DNA of 64,000 nucleotides, taken from positions 2,621,434 to 2,685,433 of the forward strand of contig CM082593.2 of the NCBI GenBank assembly GCA_040954595.2, in the 5' to 3' direction. Below, one piece after another: positions 50,268-61,306 of the stretch (positions are counted from its first letter, which is position 1; each line of letters opens with the position of its first letter). The translations under genes and the position numbers were made by a program. The notes under the pieces are model-generated. The model saw only the letters and a list, made by a program, of their open reading frames with translations. It did not search any database and was not told where the DNA came from. The stretch is from Balanoglossus misakiensis (taxonomy: Eukaryota; Animalia; Hemichordata).

Positions 50268-53200
50268 ATGGCGGATGAGCGAGGATATTTCCCCTTTGAA
50301 TCAAAGCGCCAAAAACTAGACCGGGGAGAAAATGTTGACAAAGAAAGTAGTCTAGTTCACGGTTTGAACACAAGTTCTCGGCCTTACTACGAAGACCAAT
50401 CTCCAAATTTACGAGGAACGGGAGCGAAACGCGATGTTGAGACAATGCTATCTGACACGCAACCTTGGCAAGCGCAGTTAATCGGCGAACCGGAAGTGGA
50501 CAAAACAGGTTTGTTCGTTGAAATTATGATGTGAATTATACATATAAGCGTTGTTACATTGCTATGAACGTAACTTAGTATTTTCCTAACGTAGTCGTAT
50601 TGACAAGACACGTGCTGTCATGTCATAATATAAACATTGGTGAAGTCGGGGATTCCCTCATTATCATATTCAAATGTATTCCGTACGCGGCATGTACATG
50701 TACACATGTGTACAAGTATACTAGTACATGTAATATCAGGGAAGGTGCATTTTAAGTAAAAGTATTGGTATGAACACGGGGTATTAGTCGCGTTGCAATT
50801 CGTGGATTAGCTGCAGTGCCGTGGCTGGAGGTTTTGCCTGGTACTGCAACTGTGTTCGAAATGACAGATCTTAGAATACTTCATTTTAAACGTTGATAAT
50901 GATATGGGTTATGTGTTTACCTATCATAGCATTGATACTAGTATAATGATGTTTGTTTTTAATGAAGACATACCGTGTGAACCAGGATGTAGCCAGTATG
51001 CCGGTGTGAACAACAATGAGTCTCCAAATGTCACTCCAGACGACGAGGGTGATTGTAGCAACACGTCTGGCATTGACAGTGATAGCGACGAATCATTGGA
51101 TCTGAGACTTGGAAGTTGGCAACCCGAACTTGAACCTGGTGAGTCTTCCCTAATGCTGTATCGATGACATGTACATAGTAGTGAGGTGTACACATACACG
51201 TACAGCTCCTTGTGTCAGTGGGTATATGAATTTCTCTGATCGTTTAAAGTTTAACGTTATTGAAGAAAGTAACATCCAATTTTCATATATTTCCATTGCT
51301 CCATTGCTTAGGCCCGATGAGCTGGGTCCAGCAGAAAATGTTAGCCGGTGTGAATCCCATGGACCTCCTCCACAAGATGCTACCTCAAGGAACAGTCTTC
51401 CCAGAAGGATTGGATGAGTTTACCATGTGGAAGATCATCATTAGCATTCTCAGTGAACCAAGGAGGCGCAAGAAGTTAGACTCCATCAACACAATGGACG
51501 ATGTGTTGCACCTGCTTCGAACCAAGTCAAAGATTGTGGTTCTCACTGGTGCTGGGGTGAGACAATTAACCAGCTCTTAGAATATGTGACTATCGATATC
51601 TATGTAACTGCGTTCAGTGATAAAACAAGGGCTGCATGTTTTACATGTATATGTCTGTTCACTCGCACTTAGGGTCATGACAGTAAAGTTGTAGAACCAT
51701 GATTGTAAATGTGTGAGTCCTATAATAGCATCCCTGTAACATTTCTCTTTCAGGTGTCAGTGTCCTGTGGTATCCCTGACTTTCGATCCAGAGACGGCAT
51801 ATATGCAAGATTAGCGGTGGATTTCCCAGATCTTCCAGATCCTCAGGCCATGTTTGACATCAGTTACTTTTGGACGAACCCACGGCCGTTTTTCAAATTT
51901 GCAAAGGTATGAGAACAACACACTTATAGCCAATCACATGAAATTCTTTTGTGTTCTGATTTACATGGTGGGTTTGCTTCCTGCTGGTAACACAATTGCT
52001 GTCATGATCTTTTGACAGGAGATCTATCCGGGTCAGTTCCAGCCATCAGTGAGTCACAAGTTTATTGCGCTGTTGGAACAACACAAGAAATTATTGAGAA
52101 ACTACACTCAGAATATAGACACACTTGAGCAGGTTGCCAACATCACAAAAGTGGTCCAATGCCATGGTAAGTTGTGACATCTGTTTACTTTTTAAAAAAT
52201 CGTTGAATTTAGATTTTTTGAGGTAGGTTGAAATAAATGGGGTGGATTACATGTATTCTGATTGAAAGTTGATATTCATTTCAGGGTCGTTTGCTACTGC
52301 GTCATGTACAAGATGTCATTACCAAGTGGACTGTGAGGCAATAAGAGAGGATATTTTCAACCAGGTAAGACAAAATAAAAACACTGTTTAGTTTTTTGCA
52401 CAGTTAGGTAGTAATCATGTGTCCCGGGTGCCTAGTCCAGACAGGGTCCTACTGCATTTGCAAAATGTGATGATGAAAATCTTGTCGTATTTTAGGTTGT
52501 ACCTCAGTGTCCAAGATGCCAACTTCCAGAAGACTCCGTAGATTTTGCGGTTATGAAACCCGACATCGTGTTCTTTGGGGAGGGCTTACCAGCAAAATTC
52601 CACAAACAAATTGATGAAGACCGAGAAGAAGCTGATCTTCTAATTGTTATCGGATCCTCTCTGAAAGTGCGACCAGTTGCATTGATTCCACGTAAGTTTC
52701 TAAATGTATTATTAGAGTCATACTTCTATCTGCAGCAAGCATTGTGTTGTGTTGTGTTGTGTTTTTGGCAAAATGTCAGTTGAAAACCCTTTCTGTGACT
52801 TCTCTTCCAGATTCCATTCCCGGTGATATTCCACAGATCCTTATCAATCGGGAACCATTACCACACATGGAATTTGACGTGGAGTTGCTTGGTGACTGTG
52901 ACGGCATCATCAATGAGCTGTGCCACCGCCTCGGCCCGGGCTTCAACCACTTGTGCAGTACACAGTCGCCCCTCCGCGAAACCAGAGACATTCCCAGATC
53001 GGTGTACGAGTGCATGCCCATGCCACCGTACGAGAGCGGGAGTGACACACAGTTCACGTTTCTGGACGAACTATCACAGACTGAAAGCGCACTGAATTCG
53101 GATAAGGATGGGGGGGATGTTCCCAGCGAGGTGGAAATGACTGGAGACAGCTGCTGCTGTTCCACTTCACCGGGAGAAAACGACACAGGTCAGGGGGAGG

Positions 53201-54319
53201 GGGACAAGGGATGCCAAACAACCAATGAAAAACCCAGCCAAGACCCAAGTCAGCAGCTGAAGCAAGAACTTAGCCAGGAGGCAAGTCACGAGCTAAGTCA
53301 GGAACCCCTCGAAACACCAACCAAGGATCCGAGCGGAGAAGTCCAAAATGGCGCGGAAAATAGAACAGTCAAAATGCAGTGTGAAAAACCAAAAGCCAAA
53401 AATCTCAGCATTGCCACTTATCTGTCAGGTAATATAGGACTTTTCTTGAACATGCGATATAATTTTGATAGTTTGAATGTGAAATTTAGATGCAGTATCA
53501 TACCCCTGTTCACCTCTGTTTCTTGTTGTTTCTGTTTTGTATATAGAGAATACATATCTGCATATTCCACCATGGCGGTATGTCTTCAAAGGAGCTGAGG
53601 TGTATCCAAGTGACTGTATGTTCAACACAACAAGGTCAGATGAAAGTGAGAGTGATGTGAGCAGTGTGTCTTCTCGGCAAAATGCTGCAGACATCAGCGA
53701 TGTGGCATCTGCAGCGTTCGACAGTAGCTGCGACGGCCAAGAAGACGGCAACTGCAGCAGTGAGAGACTGCAAGCCGAAGGACTGGCAGAAGTGGTCGTC
53801 CCGGCGCAGAGCCAGGATTGTGGGAAAGTAGCTGCCGGAAGTCAGGAGAGCAGAATTACACCGCAGGAATGCGAGCCAGTGTTATTCCGGGATCAACAAA
53901 GCACAGAAGCTCAACTCATTCAAAGTCGCAGCAGGGAATGTGGGGCACACATACAGCAAACTCCAAAAACTGACACACAACAGGCAACAAACCAAAGCAA
54001 AGAATACCAACATGAGCACATTGGAGTCTTAGGTGGGGCCCAAGTCGAAAGTGAGAACCACCAAAATACCCAAAGTCAACTCCAGGACGCTCAGAAATTA
54101 CAAAACCCTGTTCAGAGCTGCGAAAACTCACCACACATCCAAAGTCAGGCGTCTGAGAAACTTGTGACTTGTGACCAAAATCAGGCAAATCGCGACCCAC
54201 AAGTACAAAACCAGGACACTGAGAAACCACAAGTTGGCATTCAGGACTCAGAAACCCTGTATTTTGCATTTCAGGACTCTAAAAATCACCAAGGTCAACA
54301 CCAGAATGTGGACGGTTGA
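50268..54319 (+). CDS. SIRT1: NAD-dependent protein deacetylase sirtuin-1, 9 exons, ~874 aa
   Basis: Exons 50268-50508, 50968-51138, 51312-51556, 51754-51906, 52019-52166, 52285-52364, 52496-52691, 52811-53428 and 53547-54319 total 2625 nt. Motifs: MADE start, [95 protein letters not shown] and [23 protein letters not shown]. Confidence 0.97.
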
Positions 54320-55370
54320 CACTGATTTGAGAAAATATATCACGGTCAGCCATGATTGTGATCCCAAAGTAGAGTGGACCATAGGGGCATGTGATTGTGA
54401 ACCCTTGATCTTGTCTATCACCAAATACCGGTAATGAGATGTAAAACAGTAGTGTTGAGTGATAAGCGCTCTCAGGGCTGTCTGTGTGCTCTTCAGACAA
54501 TGCGTTCTATCTCACACAAATAAAAACACGCAAATAGTAAAAAAAATATAAACATACAGAGCAAGTTGCAAGACTGAATTATCTTTAACTGCTTTAAGAA
54601 ACCAACTCTTCAGTTGAACTTTAAAATGTTTTATATTCAGGGATTACTCTTTAGGAGAACACATTAAGTTATTTAAAAAATATCAAAACACAGAAAAAAA
54701 AGTAGCTGTAGTTTAATAGAGATTTCGTCTAGTAAATTTTGAAACTGCCTTTCGTTGTAGACAGGCATGTTGATATATGCATGTGTAGTGTGCTGTGTTG
54801 ATGTTCGGACTGCCGCTGTGAAATTCTTTACAAGCTTTGTTATGTTCATGTTTTGCGTTTGTTACTACACAACCCATTTTAATACAGTTTTCCATGTTTA
54901 TGTAATGGTATTTGTGATCATTACAACATGATTATTCAAATAAAGGCCACTGGTATCATATTGTATAATGGGGATTGTGTCATAATTTATTATGAGCTGA
55001 GTGTTTGATGTACTTGGCATGATGTTATTACTCTCTGTGATAATTTTGAAAAGGCTGTGCTTGAGGTGGAGAAAATACCTTGCCTACAGAGCGGAAAACA
55101 CAGTTGCATTCTGCCCCGGTGGTATTTTTCTGTCAAACTGTAGAGGGCGTTGATCTGTGAACCCTTGACGAGGTCACAGTGAGGTCACACGTCGACTGGT
55201 TCAACTGTCAGGTGACTATTGATAACGTGACCTTTTCAACTCGCGACGAGTCGATTCCTTGTTTTGAAGAATTTAATCAAATTCTGCGTTTAAAATGTAT
55301 GAACCGACGTGTCGAATGATCGGGTGATATCAATTGAACTTATGCGTAAGCCGCTATTACCAACGCAGTC

Positions 55371-58300
55371 ATGATATTGCAACGTTTACGCGGTTTTGGC
55401 AGTCTTTGCCAGATATTACACCTGTCAACAAAATGTCGATGTCAGATCGATGGGCTTATGTGTGTAGCCTCACGAACTACAGGTACGGGTTCGTGTCAGC
55501 ATCAACTGAAGAGATGCTCTTCTTCAGTGGCGGGCGAAAGTCAACCCTTGCCAAAATCAGCCCGAGTTGTTGTGATCGGGGCTGGCATAAGTGGATGTTC
55601 TGTTGCATATCATCTTGCCAAGCGTGGATGGAACGACGTTGTTGTCTTGGAGAAAGGAAGGTCAGTCCCTTATCAATTATTTTTTGGCAGAGGCTTGTGT
55701 AATGCACAAACTACAGTTGTCTGTGGGCTCCAAGTCAATATGCACGTACGCTCTATGGTCAGTCCCCACAGGTGACTGTGCTCACACCCCCTCCCCCATG
55801 AATCAAACTCAAAGTTCTCCATAACTGTGAAATTTGACACAATTTGCCAAGTGCAGTAGCCTCTGAAAGATATCTGTTTGTCTTTGCAGGGTAACAGGTG
55901 GAACTACCTGGCATGCATCTGGAATTCTACGAAGAGTTGGCGGTACAGCAATTGAGTCAGAGTGCGCCAAAATAAGCTGTCAATTGTATGAATCTCTGGA
56001 AGATATAACTGGCCAAGCCACAGGTATTGAGGACTAGAGTTGTCACAATGTGTCAATTGTTTTTGAATCCAGATGTTCAGAATCTTTGCATGAGTAGATT
56101 GTCAAAAAATAATGAATTTTATGTTTCAGGTTTCAAACAGTGTGGTGCCTTAATGCTCGCCCAGACCAAAGACAGATTGATCTCATATAAGAAAATGGCT
56201 GCCCATTACAAGTGAGTACAGCATCTTCTCTCATGTGTGTGTGGTGTCATCCCACTCAATTTCATGGTTCACAATGCACAGGTGTTATAGCCATATAAGC
56301 TTGTTAATTTATTCACACTTTAACAATATTCTATCTATGTTAGACTTGCAGGCATGGAAGCTGAAATTATCGGCCCCAGTGAAATTCTGAACTATCATCC
56401 GTTGGTACACAACGGGGACTTAGAGGGTGCCCTATGGATACCCAATGACAGCTCAGTCAATCCTTCAGCCGTCTGCCAGGCATTGAGTAGATCTGCTATA
56501 CAAAAAGGTATCTGTGGGCTAGCGATCAGAGTCACTTTACACACACCTCCATGTTTCACGTTTATCATTGAGTGGCTCTGCTGGTGGAATATTATTTAAT
56601 CTCCGTGGTATGCTTCAAAAAACATCTCTTTTTCCATCTCACAGGAGTCAAAATGTACGAGAGAGTGGAAGTCCAAAAGATCTTCACTGCAAACAACCGA
56701 ATTTATGGAGTACAAACCAACCAAGGGTACATCAAATGTGAATATCTTGTCAACTGTGCAGGAATGGTAAAGAATATTGTTTGTCATTTGTAATCTGTAT
56801 ACTGTTCGAGCCATTGGATCAATAGACTACAGCCAGTACATGTGATAATATCATGTTTTTATGTTGTTTTTAATCATTCCATGATTCTATAGTGGGCCAG
56901 AGATGTTGGGTTGGTGAGCCGCCCGGTTGTCAATGCACCACTCCATGCCTGTGAACATTACTACTTGGTTACCAAGCCGTTGACAGATTTCGACACCACC
57001 AGCCTACCCAGTAAGTTCCTGGAGAGATTTTCAAAGTATTAAAGGGGAAGTGTCGTCTGGCCTGCACATGTGTGACTTTTCCGGCATTGTAAAAAAACTC
57101 ATTATACAAAATGACAGAACGACCAGACCAGTTGCTATTATTTCTTTTTTTTTCAGCGTTGCGAGATCAAGACGGTCATTTCTACGCCCGAGAATGGTCA
57201 GGCGGTCTGCTGGTGGGAGTGTTTGATGAAGTCGCCAAACCAGTATTCTTCGATGAGATTCCTGAGAAGTTTGAATTTCAACAATTACCAGAAGATTGGG
57301 ATCATTTCCGTAAGTAGTAGTTGATTAACCCCCATTTTCCTGTATAAAGGTCCAAAATTACTATGTAAAACAATAGAGTTGGACCAAACCATTGAGGTGA
57401 AAGGGTTAATTCAGCCTTCATATTACAAGATGCACAGGGTCATGTATCTTCTGTTACAAACACCTCCACCCCAAACACAGGCAGGGTAGGGTCGTGTAAT
57501 CATACAAGCCACCTTTACCCACCTTTTCACTTCCAGAGCCCATGTTGGAACACGTGCTGAAGCGAATCCCGAGGATAGGCCAAGCGGAAGTCCAACAGCT
57601 GTTTGTCGGTCCGGAAAGCTTTACTCCAGACGGAAAGATGTTATTTGGTGAAGTGCCTGAGGTATGGATTCCCATGGCCGAATAATTACATGTTAAAAAT
57701 GTGCAGGGTTAAAATCAGTTACCAAAAACTAAAAATTATCAGGACAGCTGTATCTAACTTGTGTACCAATATTCTTTATTTCCACAGATCAATAATTATT
57801 TCATAGCGGCTGGGTTTAACTCGAGTGGCATTGGCCTGAGTGGCGGTTTCGGTCAGATTTTGGCCGATTGGATAGTCAATGGCCGGGCATCATTCGACAC
57901 TTCGCCCATAGACATCAAAAGATTCTGCCAGTCGCATAACAACAAGGCATTCCTCCATGACAGAGTGAAAGAGGTCGTTGGTAAGTTGTCACAGAATAAT
58001 TTTAAGTGCACTAAATTTATGAGCTACCTGACTTATAAGATAAATTCAGACCTCGTCGGTATTGGAGCTGACTTATTGATTGATTCTTATTCTCATCTGC
58101 AGGTCTTCATTACAGTATACCACACCACCATCGGCAGTACAAGACGGCCAGGAAACTGCATTGTTCGCCGCTGTACGCAAGACTGGAAGCAGTTGGTGCC
58201 GTCTTTGGCGAAAGTATGGGATGGGAGAGACCGCTCTACATCAAAGAGGATGAATCAGGCAAGTTGCTATGGGCAACTGATTCCATGATTGATGATGATA

Positions 58301-60293
58301 AGAGATGTAGCAACACCTACAAATAAATTCTTCTGCATTTTTTGCCGTCCTTGTTTGCAATAGTGACATTTTTCTACCAAGGTTATTTCCCTGTATAGTT
58401 CATTCTTGTTTCTGTTTTTTTACTAGAAGACTTTATCGAAGAAGATTATGTGAACCACGGACTCTTTGGGAAGCCATCCTGGTTCAATATCGTGGAAAAA
58501 GAATACAAAGCATGCAGAGAAGATGTGGGACTGTTGGATATGACGTCATTTGCAAAATTTGAACTCCAGGTAACCTTTGACATTGTAAATGGAGTGTGAT
58601 TGGTTAATGCTCATATGAATGCTCATAATTTTTAACAGAAGATGATAATACACAAGAAGTATCATTCTAAGACTACAAAATTATTCTTAGTCCAAAGGTA
58701 ATGAAGCCACCAATCTTCTACAGTACCTCTGCTGTAGCGATATCAACATGCCCATAGGTAATATTGTACATACTGGAATGTTGAATGCAGAGGGAGGATA
58801 TGAAAATGATTGTAGTGTCTTCAGAATAGGCAACAACAGGTATGGAACACTTGTCTTATTTTTGTCCCCAAAGCTGACAACATTGTTCATTAATAAGAAC
58901 CACTGAACAACATTCTCAATTCTGAAAAGTTTTCATGTTGTATTTTTTACTAATTCTATACTTCTCCTCTGTGCCTAGTTATTTCATCATATGTCCATCC
59001 TTTCAACGAACACGCTGCTATTCGTGGATAAAGAAACACATGCCGAACTCGGCAAGCATTTCTCTCAAAGACGTCACTAAGGATTACACTGCCCTCAACG
59101 TGATGGGCCCCAAAGCGAAAGAGCTTCTCCAGGAATTTACGTCAATTCCGCTTGACAGTGGTCACTTCAGACCATTTACTGGAAAGGTCAGTATTTTTTA
59201 CTGAGACTTTAAACCCTTCCACCACACTGGATTAGTCCAAATTGCAGTGCTGGGTCTAGTTCATGTAGAGTGGACTGTCAAAAAGCTGTGGGTGTAAATT
59301 TGATGTGTGTGTTTTTTTACTTTAAAGATTATTGACATCGGATATGCAAGTGGGGTGCGAGCCTTGGCCATGTCACACTGTGGAGAGAAAGGATTTGTTC
59401 TCTATATTCCAAGTGAGGTAGGTTTCAAAGAGCATGATTGTCTTTGATTTCCTTCAGTCCATCTGGCATAGCAGTGTCATTAGTACCATTGTGACTTTGA
59501 ATCCTAAAAAACTGTATGTTCATTTTTTCTGTCAGATGGCTCTACGTCTGTATGATAGACTCATGGACAGGAAACAGGATTACAGAATCAAGAACATCGG
59601 GTTCTTCGCCTACCAGTTTTTGAGAATCGAGAAGTTCCTCACTTTCCTGTACCAAGACTTCTTTAGCATGCATACACCCTTTGAAGCTGGTCGACCGTTC
59701 CAGGTCAGAATTGACAAGGTGGGTGATTTGTTGTTGTTTATTTCTAGCCACATTGAGATGAGTGTAACTGCATGTTATCTCAGTGCAATTTTGTGGGGCT
59801 TACTGTACTGTACTGTACTGTAGTGTACTGTACTGTACTGGACTGTACTGTACTGAGAGCTGCACATACTTTTAAATGTAATGTTTATGTTGTTCAGGAA
59901 AACAAGAGTTGTGAAATCTTTCTCTGATTTCCAATTTCACAGGAAGGAGATTTCCTGGGGAGACGAACGCTAGCAGCGCAGAAGAAAAACGGTGTGAAGA
60001 GAAGACTCGCCATGTTTCTCTTGGATGACCACGACTTGAACACGGAGATCTGGCCGTGGGGAAATGACCCCATCTATCGAAACGGACAGTTCACGGGCAT
60101 GACCACGTCCATCGGTTATGGTTTCACTCTGAACAAAATGGTCTGCATTGGTTGGGTCAGTAACGTGAATTTGAGAACTGGTCAACACAATGTGGTCCCC
60201 AATGAATACGTCACGTCGGGAACATATGAAATTGAAATCATCGGGAAGAGGTACCCGGCTAAGGCGAGACTGTACTCTCCTCTGATACAGTAA
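55371..60293 (+). CDS. PDPR: Pyruvate dehydrogenase phosphatase regulatory subunit (SARDH/DMGDH-family flavoprotein), 16 exons, ~886 aa
   Basis: Exons 55371-55660, 55890-56023, 56130-56211, 56344-56507, 56645-56766, 56893-57010, 57157-57309, 57537-57661, 57788-57980, 58103-58258, 58427-58569, 58691-58839, 58979-59186, 59328-59417, 59536-59718 and 59943-60293 total 2661 nt. It has an Arg-rich mitochondrial presequence-like N-terminus and the FAD motif [38 protein letters not shown] and [11 protein letters not shown]...IWPWG..PIYRNGQ are PDPR-type rather than SARDH-type. Confidence 0.85.
57325..57409. mobile_element. piggyBac-like MITE copy 3
   Basis: TTAA|ccccc...aaaggtccaaaatt...ggaccaaaccattgaggtgaaaggg|TTAA in PDPR intron 7. 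Confidence 0.65.
59801..59855. repeat. (TACTG)n pentanucleotide microsatellite
   Basis: 11 near-perfect tactg units in the last PDPR intron. Confidence 0.9.
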
Positions 60294-61237
60294 CAGGGAA
60301 CACAACTCATTAATATTGTACTCAGCCCAAGAAGATACATTTTATACTCGTGGTGGTACTATGCTCAAGATATAACTTTAAACTCTTTTTTTTTTAAATT
60401 TAAGAAATGAAATCATTGGTCCGTGCTCATAACTTTGGGTGAGAGAACCCAAATTGCTTGAAATGACCAATATGTGAAATTCAAAATGGCTGCCTGTCTC
60501 AGTCATAGTTACCCCCAGATACCACTGCACTGTGGGCAAGACCCAGTTGTGGGTCCTGGGTATACACATAACAAAATAATTCTCTCTCCACCAGTTGCCA
60601 GCTAGTCATTTGTTGTGTAGTGCATTTGGGCTCTCAGAACCTGAAAACACATGGTTAGATTCTAACCATTTAATATCTGCCTTAAAACTGAAATATATTT
60701 TTTACTTTTCAAAATAATTTCAAATTTTAAGTGGAATTTCTATACGTATATGTACATGTATTACACAAAATAATCACGGGTAATAGTTTTTCAGTGCAAG
60801 AGGAGCAGTATTATTACAACCTGTCACGTGAGGGCGTTGTCTATGTCCTCCCTAAATCAAGCTTTTGTGAAATGATTTTAGCACGTGCATGTACCTGTTT
60901 TGTTGAGCTTTACATATCTGTCATGTTAGAGTATTGGTGTAATCCACTTTGCTTTGGTGCAGTGTAAATATGCGATTGTTTGTCTTAGATACAACAAATC
61001 AATATAAGCAATACTCAAAATATGTGATTAAGTTTGTGCACAGTAGCATTCTTCGTCGCCAGCAGATCTCGACAGCAGATCATCCATCACTGGGTGAGAG
61101 CGCCCTCTCAGAAGAGAACACACCCCTTTTGTCGAAATTTTTATTCGGCAATGTGACTGAGAGCGCCCCTCTTTTCATCATTTCCAGTGAGACAAAAGTC
61201 TCTGTGTATCTCTATATATCGGCTCCTGCCCCATGCT

Positions 61238-61306
61238 TTAACCCTTTCACCCCCAGTTCCCCCTATAGAGGTCCAACCTTACCATAGAAAACAATGGGTT
61301 TGGACC
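61238..61306. mobile_element. piggyBac-like MITE copy 4 (right end missing)
   Basis: ttaa|ccctttcacccccagttccccctatagaggtccaaccttaccatagaaaacaatgggtttggacc matches the left two-thirds of the other copies. Confidence 0.6.

Noticed and set aside
55371-60293. Annotation as sarcosine dehydrogenase (SARDH)
   Set aside because: Despite the TTWH motif, the C-terminal half ([26 protein letters not shown]...WPWG..PIYRNG) matches my recollection of PDPR better. A phylogeny would settle it.
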